Below, one piece after another: positions 37,884-52,116 of a DNA stretch of 64,000 nucleotides. The DNA lies in NCBI GenBank assembly GCA_030141605.1, contig JAQGDQ010000268.1, positions 1 to 64,000 on the forward strand, in the 5' to 3' direction. A model generated the notes under the pieces. That model had not been told where the DNA came from. It did not search any database and worked only from the letters and a program-made list of their open reading frames with translations. Position 1 is the stretch's first letter, and each line of letters opens with the position of its first letter. A program made the translations under genes and the position numbers. Source of the stretch: Tubiluchus corallicola (taxonomy: Eukaryota > Animalia > Priapulida).

Positions 37884-40371
37884 CTAACATAAAAAGTTTA
37901 CAGACAACATCAACTCCCAAAACTAAACCAATTAAAAGAAAGTATACCTATAATATTAATGCCATGAAGAAACAAAAAATTTTAACCTGCGTAAAACTAT
38001 TCTGAAAGGACATTAGACCTCATTCAATTTTTAAAGACACAAATTTGGTGTTTTCTTTAGTATCGCACACAACCAAAAATTATATATTAATAAATAAACC
38101 AAAATTTCCTAGCTTTTCCGTTTCAGAATGAAAACAAGCAATTACAGTTTGACAGCAAACTTCCATACTGGACACGTAAGAATAAAAAACATTAACTGCA
38201 TGTTTCTTGTAGCCTAAGGTAAATGAATGTGTCCCCCATTCTCTGTCGCATTCGACATTTTCCTAAATTTTCCTAATCGCACAGCTTCAAGTTAACAGAG
38301 TTCCCTGATTCTGTCTTAAAAAAATACTAAATCGCTGAACTTTTCTAGTGTTATCACTTACAACCGATAACTCTAAAAAGACTTGTAAGCCTAATGGTGT
38401 GACTAGTGTGTACTATTTGTTCATTTATTTACTTCAGGTTCTTGTAAAAAAACTTTCTCGAAAATTATAATTTGTAGTAAAAATGGCCAAAATTATCCAT
38501 TCAGTAAAAAGCACTTGTAAATCCTTCTAATAATTCAATTATTGCTGTTGATATTCATCAGCATTTTATGCTCGTATTTCCTTATAACATCAGTAAGCTA
38601 TATGTTTCACTGAAATCATCACACTGCACAGTAACGCAGCTGTATTCATTCATGGTATTATCAAACATGGAAGCACACACATAACAATTTTAGACATGGC
38701 ACTTGAAGGCTACTTTTAATGCTTATTCCTTATAATATTCCGTATAATACTTATAAAAAGTTATGTGAAAAAAGCTGATAGTAAACAGTGAACGTGGCAC
38801 AACAGCCGACATTTTGCTTTCTTTGTATGATAACTGAATAATGCGATGCATGGAGTCGTGGAATCATGTCAAAGCACAATACCATGGTGGTGCTGTATTA
38901 TACACAAATTAATAAAAACGTGACTTAGTTAACAATTATATTATTGTAGTTTTGCTTAAATACTGTTTTTTATTAATTATACACAAGAAATAGGGCATAC
39001 TAATTTATGTGCTAATTAGTGCTAATGCAGTAGATCAAGTTTTGCAAAAATAAAATGGATTCTATCCCATCTCTACTGTATCGAACATTGAATCATCTTT
39101 GCATTGAATCAACAACATTGCTCAGTTGCTGTCAATTTTTAAAAAGGACAGACGCATGCATTTTGGCTACAAGTACTAGTAGACCTACAGCTGGACAGCT
39201 TCAGTATGTGAGAAGTGCATGTGGGGCTATACATTCTCTTCATATCATTTCTCTTTGTGTAAATAAGTACTTTTCTTTATAAAAAAAAGTTACTTTTAAT
39301 TCTCTAGGATATACGGGTTAGCTTAAAACAACTTATGGCTAAGTTTTCGGTATTGGTACTGGAGTCGAGCATTTATTATTTTCAGGTGTGTATGTATGTA
39401 TGTAAAAACAGTACATAGCACCATCAATCCATATATTTAACCATATTAAGGGCATCTGTTGCTGCAACCCTGTTCCAAAAAAACTAAAGTAAAACTACAC
39501 AAAATTACCAATACGTGATGTTCTAAATCTGCTCTTGATCATGCTATTACAAAGCAGCAACAGGCTGCATCATCAAAATAAAGTTTGACTTCTGATGTGA
39601 CACAATTTTTGGATTACACCACCCTGAAGAGTAGATCTACATCAGTTACAATAAATAAATACTGTACTGTAAACATTCTTATTCTTCTGATTTGATCGGG
39701 AGACTCCCTATTTTTTAACGATGGCAAATTTCCTTTCTATTGATTTTCGACCAACTGTTGCCTCAACGTAAACATAGAACTTCCCCAACCTTCGTCAGAA
39801 GTAAACTTGCCCATCCATGGGACTAGACAATACAAAAATGGCAATAATACCAACAGCACACACCATAAATTAAAAAGAATTAATAAAGACACTAGGTTAG
39901 TCTCTTTATTCTGCATTTCATGCAGACCTTATGGCTAATGAAGGCACTAATGGGAACTTTCATCCAGTTTGTTACTAGTTAATATGCGAGATGGCAAGCC
40001 TCTGACAAAAGAAACTGAACTCTAATAAACTGATGGGGCAACCAAATTTTAGATAATTTATGTTATGACTCATGAGCAATATTTTGAATTAAATTACCTA
40101 AAAATTACCAATCTCCTATAGACAAAAATACCTAAAAAATTTACACATTTGAGGAACTCCATGTACCAAAATTTAGATATCATTTTAGACCTCCAAAATG
40201 CCATAAAATACACGCAAATAAATTGGTGGAAAACACAGAACAAACCTCAGACTCCCTAGCTGGTTGCATGAGTCGTTCTGCAACCCACTACCCGCCCCCC
40301 CGTATTGCATCTAGCAAATCCGACAAAGTGCCATAAATAGAAGTCATTTGGAATCGTGACAGCAACAATAC

Positions 40372-40465
40372 CTTTTCTGTCAGGTTTAGTACAACGTTTC
40401 ACAAGTCTTATCGAATCCTTACTGAACTGCCTCAGTGGGTCAACAAACTGCACAACTTGATCCAT
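40372..40465 (-). CDS. SEC61G: Sec61 gamma coding exon 1
   Basis: [31 protein letters not shown]; 94 nt, acceptor 3 nt before the ATG, donor gtattg. Confidence 0.95.
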
Positions 40466-40775
40466 TATCTAGCAAAAATAAATAAATGTTTCATTCCCTT
40501 TTCTATATTATTTTATTTTTACTTGCGTTTACGTTTATTTTGTAAATAACAGAGACAAAAAACTATTTACTTACTTACTTTAAATAAGTACATATGTCAC
40601 TGCCTTGTCTCAATTTATACTATATAATAGTTTTACAAGTTTTTACAAGTTGCAGCTGTATTAAACACTACCCTGTTGACCAAAATAAGGAAACTTTATA
40701 ATTTAAAAATCAAAGCATGAATTAGGCCTGTAGACCTGCCTTGTATTTTAATTTATAACTTATCTGGCTAAAATT

Positions 40776-40933
40776 TACAATTCCCCACACACAAAAAATA
40801 GTTTGTGAAGCAGATTATGATTAAGGTTTGGGTCAGGGTTACGATTTTGGTTAGAGTTGGGGTTAGGATTAGGGTGGGTTAGGGTTAGGGCTGGGATTAG
40901 GGTTAGGGTATTTAAATTTTGTGGAGAATTGTA
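40776..40933. repeat. Interstitial degenerate (TTAGGG)n tract flanked by 14-bp inverted repeats
   Basis: TTAGGG variants at 40821-40909; tacaattccccaca (40776-40789) versus rc of tgtggagaattgta (40920-40933), 13/14. Confidence 0.75.
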
Positions 40934-41289
40934 CACTCCTTCCATTTTTCATAGACAATAACATACATCATCATCATTAGTATATAAACGGGCAACAGTT
41001 AAAGGTAAACAAACGTTTAACCATAGAAAGCTATATTACTTGGAAATTATTTTAGACACCTGAGTTGCTAACTGCCATTACTATTATCAATCCAGAATTA
41101 TCAAACCCCAAACTTCTACTGAGTCGAAAAATACTTTTTAGAACAATATTGTTAAAGACTTCAAAAATTTAATTTCCTAATTGGATTTAGATGCTATATC
41201 TAATAAACACTCAAGATTATTATCCACAAGTACTTTTGCAAAATACCTGATGTTACTATAGAATTATATCCAATCACGAAAAAACTTAC

Positions 41290-41410
41290 GATGAAAATCT
41301 AACTTGCAAATAACAATAAATTTTCAATCACAGCAGCTGACGTGGAGGAAATGTACCGAAATACTGACGGAAGAAAAACCACTAGAAATACGCCATCTGT
41401 TGACGGATGT
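41290..41410 (-). promoter_or_regulatory. SEC61G non-coding first exon and core promoter
   Basis: Minus-strand donor gtaagt at 41289; CRE-like TGACGT, CGGAAG and YY1-type CGCCATCT (41391-41398); CpG-containing. Confidence 0.6.
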
Positions 41411-42438
41411 TAAAATTAGAAATCGTACAGTCACTACCAAGCTCCAGCTCAGTAAAAAGCATTATTATTTTTTTTATATAGTTGCCCCTACGAACTGGGC
41501 AATTACAGAACTATTGATTGATTTAATCTGTACGTTTGTCTACCTGTCTGCCTGCTCGTGAGTGGAATTCACTAACTTCTTTAGGTCATGTCTCCATCTT
41601 AAATACCTGGCAACATACCTGCTCCGCGATCCTACCATCATATCATCAACTCTTCCATATAAAATGTAGGTAAGCGAGGTGTGCAAAAAACCCTAATTGG
41701 TTGTAAAAAGTTATAATACACTAACAGTTATATTACATTTCAATTACAATAACGATTACTTTGGGAGGCGCTTTCAGACTTATTTATGAATCTACAGAGA
41801 GAATTTCCAACTAAAAGTGCAACGTAGTATGTATCCAGTTCTTTAATTCAATACACAGTTGCCGACCTAAACTTGTTGACTGTCTTGGCATTCATATCTG
41901 TAATCCTTCGGCATTCTCTGCCATAGTGCAAAGATAGCTATCCCAGCACACCACTGATCAAGAAATCTTCCTCGATGTAGGAACCAGTGCCCCAGTTATG
42001 GCCCATGAAGAGCTCACTGCTCATACTATTCTTGCATTCATTTTCACCAGTCACTTGTTCTACCGATCTTCCATGGTGCAATGAGTTGCGTCTTAAAGAG
42101 CTCACTGCCCATACTACCTTCATAGTATAATTTTCTCAGATGCCTAATTTTCATAATATCCCCTTTAAGCATCCTAAAACGATTCTCCTTATATTAAATG
42201 TTTTTAATAAAGCCAAAATTAAAGTTTGGCCTATATTGGTCTGTTTATCTGCCTGACAGTTGGGGGTCTGAGAGCGGCAGCCCTCTGATAACAAACAAAT
42301 TGTATATTTTAATGGCAAAAAATTGTTATTTTAAGGACAAATAATTCTGTTTTGAAATTTTAAGTTTTTAGTATTCAAAAATGTTTACTCGCTGCTGCAC
42401 TTACACCTCTTTCTAACTGGATGCAGGTTAATAAGTGA

Positions 42439-42603
42439 TTCTTGCACGACGATTGTTTTTAATAGTTCCTGCCAACAAATTTAGTTTACTATAACCACAT
42501 AAATCTTTCATACACTTTAAGTTCTTGCACGACGATTGTTTTTAATAGTTCCTGCCAACAAATTTAGTTTACTATAACCACATAAATCTTTCATGCACTC
42601 TAA
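42439..42603. repeat. 83-bp direct tandem duplication
   Basis: ttcttgcacgacgattg...ctttcat.cact repeated at 42439 and 42522. Confidence 0.9.
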
Positions 42604-44818
42604 ATATATGCTCCTCAATCAATGTACTAATAAAGTTAATTTAGTTTTTAAAATTACAGGCATGTCTGCAAAAGAAAAACGTAAACTATCAATACTATTT
42701 CTTTTGAATTAATTTTCTGAAATATAAAAAGTATTTTTGAAAGTATTTGCACGTTTGCTTAGTTAAATTACAAAGAATACTATACCTTGTGTTTTATTAG
42801 ACTCATGATTTTTTAGTACAGGTTGCTTTAATTTGGACTTGCTGCATTTATGTGTTAGTATTATTACATGTTAAATTCAGTACAAGTACGTATAATTAAG
42901 TATAAACACTAAGTATTAAATCTATAAGTACAAACATTTTGTTTTAAGACACTTGTCTGCTTACGTGGCTGGTAAATACGGAGTATGTAGCTTAGAATCG
43001 CTCGTAACAGGTATAGACAACATAGATATTTTTCGGGACTCTGCTTCTCTTGTGAAACTTTCTTCCGTGTGCCTATTGGTATAGAAATATTACAAAACGA
43101 AATACATGAAAGTTGGGCTTAACAATGACTCTGCTGACAACTAACCAATGTAATAAGATGAAAAATCTGTCCAAGCAGAAGTAGCGTAGCATGACGTGAA
43201 CAATGAAAAACACATGTCTGTATAATCTGAGAGACTGCTTAGATTTAAGTACTCTACTTCTCAACATAAAGTAATTAGTATTCAGCTCATTGATATGCCA
43301 GTTTCATGCTTCAGCTTCGTTATTGTTAAATTTTGAAGTTCGTGAAAGTAAACATTCAGCTATAGTAACTGTCAGTTATAGTAAGAATGACAGTAACAGT
43401 TTTGTTAGTAATAGCAGTATTGGCTTTTGCATCAAATGCTTCAATTTTTGATGATTTAATTTAAAAGTCTCCAAATATTCTCTCTATAATTTCAATTACA
43501 TTTGCTTACAGGGAAGTTATTTACTTACTTACCTACTTACACAGCAAACCAATTATTTTATGTAATGAATGTATAAACATACAACAGAGAATTTATCATG
43601 CTCCTATAGCTAGTGTAGTTGTAAAAACCTGGTGTTTCTTGCATATTGACATTTCAAGCCTTTCTTTCAAACCTGCTTGAATGGCATGGTTGTCGAAGTA
43701 CAAAGTTACAAAACACAAAAACTCTAGAAATGACCTTTTACTGAAGTGCACTAGAAATTCACTGGAACCCAACCCCATCAAACAGCTGAAAAATACAGCA
43801 GAGGCTAAGATGGTCCAAGAGTATGCAAATTATCGGTGCTCAAAACATAAGCTTATAAGACGTATCTGAGTGACGTGTTCAAGGAACTTGAGCTTGTCTT
43901 GTACTGTTACTCATTGTTTTTGTACCGCCCAAGTAAAAAGTGTTATTAAACTGAAAACCACTACCAAGTAGAAAATAATTAATGGATTCAGAGATGGGAT
44001 GACGATTAATTGTTAATAATTATTCTTTTTAACGTGGTACGGTATTAAGTTATAATAACAGATTGAGTTTATTATATCTATGGTCGCAGTCGACCAATCA
44101 TTGCACCACAGTTGCGCTAAATAAAGGCGCGCAGCTGCACGTGCTTGAACAAAGATTTCAAAGCGAGGCAGCGTGTTTGTGGTGAAAAGATGGCGCGTAA
44201 TAAAGGCGATTGTTCGAAGTAAATAATGTGGATTAAATGTATACGACGAGAGATTGCTAAAACAAGCTAATATTTTCAAGACAAGGAACGAGATAAAGGT
44301 ATTTTTTGGAATTTTGGCATAATTTCAACAGCTTAGTTTAAATGTAGGCTTGAATATTTTGATCCAGGTGTTGTCTTCACTTGTTAATGTAAAAGCGCAA
44401 TAGCATTACCGCTTCTCACTTCCATTTCTAATTTCTTGAAGACGGATGAGATTAGTTTTAGAAAACTATATTTTATTGTTGGTACGTTACAAATTGAAGA
44501 AAAGCAGTAAAAAGCTTGGCAGGAGCTGGCAGTAGACTGAGGCTGCATGGGTTGTTATTGTAGGCCAGGAACACAATAAACTTCTGTAGTACGTTTGTAC
44601 GTATTTTTTAATAATATGTGCATTTTGTACTTTATTAAATTTATTAACTTTTTAAGTTCAGAAACTTTTCAGAAGTAAATGTATTGCAATTCTATTATCT
44701 TAAAAGCAACATTGAACATAGTAACTGCGTACTCTGAAATGCCTAAGCTCCAAAACAACATATTACTCATTATTAGTTTTTAAAAGAACAAAAATTAAAT
44801 TACATGCCCAGTACATCT

Positions 44819-45960
44819 TTAATTCAATCCAACATTTTTGCTTGAATTTACTTTTAAGAAAGTTAAAAATTTCAGGTTTGTGACTTGAAAGTTTTTGCCT
44901 TTTTCATCATCTATTGCACCCGCTGCACTAAAAACCCCTTCCGATTCAATTGAGCTATGTGGGATTGATGATAATTTTGCAGCTAAGGTGCTTAATTCTG
45001 GGAAAGTGTTTTTCTGCACACTCAGTGTTGGCGAACACCAGCACTAGCAGTTTCTACTGGTCCTTCTGCCAAATAATCATCAACCATTTGCTTCGCATTT
45101 GTTTCTGCTTTTTATATCACACCAGCAGTTGCTTGATCGAGGTGTAACTGGCTTTGTTGCTTATTTTGCTGATGTTGTTTTTTTGCAAGCTCAAGGTAAT
45201 TAAATATACTTTTTTTGGCATTACCATTGTCATACTGTGTAATTTTTGCTGCACAATGATCCATTATTTTATCTGCTACCATTTCACTTACTGATTTACT
45301 CACTAATTATTTGACACAGTGTCGTTATGACAACTAGCTGTCGTACTGCCAACAGCTACATTACCACCACCACCAGATACTACTGCACTGCTCTCACCAA
45401 TTTGTGCTACTGTGCATTCACTGCCATTGTTCCCTGTGTTGCAAGCTTTCGCAGCCATTTCGTTTTTCACATGCAGTAACTTTACTAGTTCAGACACTAG
45501 ATAATATTTGCTAATTTCATTGCCTTGATCATATTTATAATACAATACGTCATGCAAAAATTGGGAAATGTTTTCTCGTGAATGAGTAACTTTGATGATT
45601 TTCATGCCCAGTTATCTAACATATAGTTTGTATGCACTCACTTCAAATAAGCAGAAATGAGCATTTACTCCTATAAAAGAGTCAAACTTTGTGCTGCCCC
45701 ATGTGTCAGTGGCCAAGTTTACATGTAAAGCTTAAGAAAGCTCTTTTCGCAACTGTTCTGTAACTTCTTTATACAAATATGGAATAGCAGTGTTTGACAT
45801 GTATGTCCTGCTTGGAATTTCATACCTTGGTTTAAGAGTAGTTAGAAGACATCTAAAACTTTCATCTTCAACTGTAGAAATAGGCTGACAATGTTTAACG
45901 ATCATATACCCAATTTGCTCTGTTATTTTTTAGCAGTATCACTGAATGGCATTTTAGAAC
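44819..45960 (-). pseudogene. Decayed hAT (ZBED1/ZBED4-like) transposase
   Basis: ITEQIGYMIVKHCQPISTVEDESFRCLLTTLKPRYEIPSRTYMS...LATDTWGS (first catalytic Asp)...THSRENISQFL, with in-frame stops; C-terminal hATC dimerisation motif FPELSTLAAKLSSIPHSSIESEGVFSAAG...FLKVN. Confidence 0.85.
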
Positions 45961-46324
45961 AAAATGAACTTTGCGTGAACTTAGTTTGCTTCCTGCTAGA
46001 ATCACCTTGTGATTCATTACTTTTTTGCGCTGCTTTTCGGCAAGTTCATAGTCACTTTTGTGATGCCTGTTTAAATGTAGTCTCAGGGCTGTGGTTCCTC
46101 GCGTGGCACAGTCTCTGCCGCCTTGGGAATACTGAACTTCAGTGAATCAAATCGGATCGAAGTTCCAATTTGGGTTCGAAGCTCTGGCTCTGGCATGATT
46201 TATTCGTTTGTTTGTTTGTTTTTGATGGAGTGGCTTACCTAAGAAAAATTAATGTTGCAATGTTTTTGGATTTAAGTGTGCTTAATGATTAATGTTTAAA
46301 GATCATAATGCTTCATTAAAAGTA

Positions 46325-46575
46325 AACAAATTTTATTTTTTACATAATTTTTTGCCTATATTTTCCTATAAAATTAAATGCAATTTTGCTCAAATAAATT
46401 CAAACATTGTTTGATATTTCGGTTGATTGGTCCTGGAGACCCTAAAACTTCCCAGTCGTTCAAATTATCACTGAAGTTATGCCGCGTTGCCGGTAAAAGC
46501 ATGTCACAAGCTATTATGTAAACGAAATTTTCGCTTTATTTGAACTATTGTAGCCAAGATTTTTCGGCGGTTTTG
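46325..46575 (+). repeat. Dispersed repeat, copy B (homologous to 20863-21110)
   Basis: Same collinear blocks as copy A, diverged with indels. Confidence 0.7.
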
Positions 46576-48879
46576 AGGTGGAAAGAAAAGATAAATTGGA
46601 TAAAGACTAGAAAAACTTGGCAAAAAATTGCTACCAAAAATTATCAGAAATTTTGGCTATGAAACTTAAAGGACGAGAAAAAGGTGTACCTGAAGTAGGT
46701 TTCAGAAAAAAAATGCCTAAAGAAATTATATCACTTTATAGCAATTTTATGCATATATCGTACTTGCGTTGAAAGGATTTTTCATTTTAAATCCCGTGCG
46801 ACACTGTTCCGACAGCTTTTAGGCACAAGTTTTTGGCGAACCAAATTATTCAAACCAACTTTTTTACAATTTTATTTTGTCATAACTGAATTTCGGAAAT
46901 TTTTATTTACCGAAACTGAACATTTGGTGAAGTTTGCCAACATTTTTAGTTTTTTTGCCAAACTACTGAAAAAATTCAAATCACAAACAGTTGCTTTAGT
47001 TAATCACGTAGTCAAAATTTTTGATTTTGTGTCAATCCTCAATATTTTACACCTAAACTTCAATTTGCTACATTAATAGATTATGGTCAGGTGTTGGCAG
47101 CGCATTGTTTACCAGCACTTAACACATTTACTCTAAATTCACCAAAAACTAGTATATTGACAGTGATCACTTGGGACCATCGTAAATACAAACGCCTTCA
47201 TGGCATCCAGGCACATCATCCCAAATGGTAATTTTATGAATTGCTCCTACGGCAGAAAATGTAAACATTGTGTTGAAAAGTGTCGGTTTGTTTGCCAGGC
47301 CTAGTTGTACTGCTTAATGGCGGTGCACGTCTCCGACAAAAATAACTAATGGTAAATACTATTTTTTTTACTGGTGATGACTGAATTTGTTTAAACAAAT
47401 CGAATCGAAGCCAGTGTTTTGGCATTAAGGTTTTGTTATGCTCATCCGAAACCGAATTTTTTTAGAGAAAAATTTCCGAAACTAAACTAAAGTTAGCAAA
47501 TTTTTTTCTACCAATGAAACAGATGAACTGAGAATTTGTTTGGTTTGACAGCCAAAATCTAACTCTTTCCGAATTTTGGTGATTGAAGTTGCTACTTGCT
47601 GGCATCACACTTTTTGAATTGCGCAACTTTAATCCCTTCAGAGAAAAAGGAAGTTGTAACATTTTTCTTTTCAGCTCCAATTCATATGCGCTGATAAAAT
47701 TGCGTGATTGTTCCAGTTCTTCGATATTACATTTAGATGTTCTTAGTGTTTGGTCAAAGACCTAATAAAATGTTTTGTAATGTTTTAGTTTTGAAGTGAA
47801 TTATTGAATTTGAATTCGCATGTGTGCGACTTTCAGGTGTTTTTTTGTATGTGTTTAAAACTCATCTTGTAAGATAACACCTTGAATTCTGACCACATTA
47901 GTGAGGTCGTTGCTTAAGTCATACATCACCGAAACTTTGGGTCCTAAAGTGTTTGTCATGTTACTCACGTAAGTTATTTTAATACTGAATTGATCACATT
48001 TCATAATTTTCCACTGAATTTGTTTCCAGTTAATCATTCTTGAGACATCTAGAACAATGTATTATTAATACTGTTTTATTAAACCTTTTCATCAGGGATG
48101 AACCAAACTGTGTATAGGTTGTATACGTGTATAGGAACCTGGTTTATAGTGGACAGATATTCATGATCGTCATTCAAGTCAACATTTGTTGGTAATTCTA
48201 CTGCTGAAGACGTATTTTGCTATCTTAATTAACTAAGTAATTCTAAGTAACTATGTGCTAGACCATTTATATTAAAGTTTCCCATACAACGAAACCTAAA
48301 TCATTAGCATGTCAAACTGCATCTTTAAGATCGTTCTGTAGTTAACAAAATTGATTATGGTGTATTCACATAATTTACTGCACCTTGTACTCAAATTACT
48401 TATTATTATGCTAGGTTAATTGCTTAACCGGATGCCATGAACGCAAGACTACTTTGCGCCTGTCCCTTTCTCTCAACGTTCTCACATTTTCCTTTCTTTT
48501 GATCAAGTTTTCTTTCAAAACTCGTTAGTTCAACATTTGTGGGTTTATTCCATCATAAAAATAATGATCTTAAAATTAAGATTATGAATAATTGCTATAA
48601 GGTTGATACAGAATAGAGCGGTTACTGGTTACTTGGGCTGGTTAAACACCTGTTTAGGATTTTAGTTTTGTTGTGATCAGTAGGTGTGGTTGTTGTGTAC
48701 ATGAAATGCGTACTTGCTCGCATATTCACACCTTGTCATGTCTGTAAATGGTTAACGAACCATTTGATTTTTGTTTTATGGATTGGCACCCAATTAGCTA
48801 GCATTGTGTAGAATAATATACAAAGGCATTGCTAAATAAGATGTACTTTAGTCAAATACCCCAATCCAAACCAGTTGCT

Positions 48880-49307
48880 GGCCTGGAAAAGTTAGTTTTG
48901 CGCAGGGTTAAGAATGCGCAAACTGTGCAATCGAGGGCGAAGATTAGCATGCTAATTGTAGAACGAGGATTACGCAATTTAAGCACTAGTTCTTTGTAAT
49001 CCGCAGCGTCGCAGCATGGTGGCAAGGCTGAATGATTCACAGCCGCTGCACACGCGCAGAGTAGGCAGGCTGAGTTTTTCTTTGTTCCGTGCAGCTGGCT
49101 TGCTAGTGCTGCGCAGTGGCTGCTGCTTTGACAGATGACGATAATGAACGTTGCGCATTGGATGCTGCTGCTCTGTACTACATTATGTCAGTGTTTAGTC
49201 AGTAGGAATACACAAAGGATTTGCTGAGTATGATGATGTGTTGCTTTGTGCGTGTATCGTCGGGAGGATAATATATATATAATATTCCAGGCATTAATTT
49301 GGTGAGT
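48880..49307 (+). promoter_or_regulatory. CpG-rich promoter/first-exon-like segment of an unidentified plus-strand transcript
   Basis: GC/CpG clearly above the flanks; ends at a strong donor TTG|gtgagt (49301/49302). Confidence 0.45.
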
Positions 49308-52116
49308 ACTGGGTCTCTTAGCTTGTATTTAAACTTCACATTCCGAATAAGATTATATGTGTAAATCAGTATGTCTTTATAGAGCCACTTATGGATTGTA
49401 GCTGGAACATTAACATCTGTTTACTCTTAATTTACGATGATTAAAACCTGTTAGTTGCATCATTTTGATTAGCTGTCTCCAATAATAAAATGTAATGATT
49501 TATGAGACTTTTTATTGTTAACTTTTTTAGAGTGTTGCCGCCATAGGTTTTATATTTTACTGAATCGGAGGAAATCCTCTTTGTCTCACGCTTGTTTTTA
49601 AGTATTCAAATAATTGGCGATTTCCTGTGATTTTGTTTTGCGTATTCCAATAAACGTTGTTGTCCCGTGAATCAATATATAGATTAGCAGTTGAACTTTT
49701 TACCGTGTCATTCCTTTTTGCTCTGTATTGCAGCTGTTTCCATTTCCCCTTCAAAGTAACTTGCATGTTTCATAACTAAATTAAACCAAATTGTCACGTG
49801 TAATTGCATTAAATTGACATCAAAGTTTCTTCAAGAATCTCCTCCTTGCAATACCTTTTTCGTCACTTTACATCACTTTGTTGAATTGGTTTTGCAGTAT
49901 CAAACTGATACTTGCTGATTCGCGTCTTTAGAGCGTGTATGCTTTTTTCTTTATTTTTTTGTACGACCCGGCTTTTTTGTCTTTGTGACAGAGTTGGTTC
50001 GACAACTTCAAATTGATTTTTATATCATTGTTTGAATGAACTAGTTACTGGATATGGTAATATATTTAAGTTTGACCAACGTAATGAATATATACATGTG
50101 TGTTTTTGATACCGTGTTTTTCTGCAGGCAATAAATTTCCTCCGGAATAATTGCAAAACAAAGTTTTCACATTAATGATGTGCGTCTTTATTAGAGCGTT
50201 TTTATCGTAATTTATTTGTTAATGTATATTTTATTCTTCCGCTTTGGTTTTGCTTATTATTTACAGACAGTATCAAATATTAATTCTTATAGGTGGTTAT
50301 AGCGTCGGTACAATACTAGGTTTGCAGTCTTTGTTGTAGACTATCTTTGTTCTGCAACACCAACATGTGCATCTGCCAGGGCGTTCACTAAACTAAAGCT
50401 TCTCCAATCTCCATAGTTACAAGCAAGTCTGTAAACAGCTTTTCAGTTATATTACCCTGCAGAGAATCTACAGCCATGCTATAACATACTGTCCATACAA
50501 ACGGTTCTCTCTTCATTGATTTCACCATGAGTAACATGCAGTCCTATAAATAGCCTGATAGACGTAAATATTATGCTGTTACGTTGTTTGCCAGCCGGAG
50601 CCGTCAGGGCCCCCGAGATAAAGGACGTCCTTCCTTTGCAGTCGTTTTTTCAAGGTCACACAAATTTGTGTTTAACTTTTACGTCTCTTTGTATTGTGTG
50701 ATTTTTCTTTGTGAACTGTGTTAACAATAATTGTGCAAGCCGACTTTCCTTTGATGAACATTTGAGAAAATGTGCTTGCACTTTGCAGACAAATAAAAAT
50801 TTTTGAAACTGTATGAAAAGGTAACAAGATAAAACCGCATTTAAACCTGATACGTTTCGCTGAAACAGAAGAGCAATTTTTCCGCGAATTAGGCGTTAGA
50901 TTCTTCATAACAGGAATAGGTAGAGTTAGATAAAAATCTCACAATGAAGATTGAAAGAAAGGCACGTTTCAGCCTACCACTGTGGACATCTTCAGATGAA
51001 TAGTAAAAAAGAAAATGCACAAATGATCACTGTTGTTGTGACAAGTGCTTTTTTATACTTTTTCTTGTGATGGTAGTATACAAAAATAGTAATTAGTGAT
51101 CATCTGTGCTTTCCCATTTTTTTTGTGATCCATGCTACAGTAATGGGCTAAAATGTTGTCTTTTTTCTTTTTTGCTGGATTTTTATTCCCTAAATTGCCA
51201 CTAGAAAAGGTGTTGTTGTTTCATTAATTTCGGTGCCTCGCTGTGCATGTTCACTCCTTTGTCAGAATGCACAAGGTCCTCTAATTCTAGCAGGCAAACG
51301 AAATATTATTCATTATGTGTAATGTGTAGTAGTGATCGAGTGGTTTTTTTTGATAAATTTTGTAACAATATTTTGTTTGGAGTGATATCTGTCAACAATA
51401 TTTTTTCTGTTGACAGATATCACTTTTTCTAAAATACTCGCGTATCAATTGATAAATAAATGCGACTTTCAACTCTGCCGCTGAGAAAAACTAAAATTCC
51501 GCACAGCATGCCTTAGGCCTGCTAATAATTGTTTTATTATGATTGTTTCAAATAGAGGAAATAAATGATTTATTATTATTATTATTATTACTATTATAAA
51601 ATTCCATAGAAAATTACTATATATCGATTTTTTTATACATTTTCCATTTTTCTTTTCGCGTTTTTGTCCATAGTGGAATTTTTTAATAGTATTTATTCTA
51701 GGCATTTTTAATAGTTGTTTCAATTTGTCATTAAGCAATATATCAATGTTATAATTTCTAAATATTATTTAGTCGCTTGGTTTGCGACTGATGCGGGCAA
51801 TATTCGGTAAACACTAAACGTGTCAAAAACTGTGAAAAGTTGGTTATTGCATTGGTATGGAAGCATCCTATGGAGCTCAACTATATGCTGTACACATGGC
51901 AGCAACTCAAGCGTGTCAGCTGGATTGCATGCAGGGCAAAGTACAGCCTTGACTAGCTTCGTGAACTTGCTCCTGTTTGTTTTTGTCGGCGAATTTCAGG
52001 CTAGACGCTCAGCTCGCCCGGAATAAGCAATAAACTAAACAATTTCTGCTTCACTAGGATTTTCCCAAAAATTCTTGTCATTTTTAAGATTTAAAATCAG
52101 ACGAGTTTTTTTATCC

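Noticed and set aside
44190-44270. THAP-like fragment (MWIKCIRRE)
   Set aside because: Interrupted by stops and lacks the C2CH signature.
47160-47770. Possible transposase or gene fragment
   Set aside because: No recognisable domain or consistent splice pattern.
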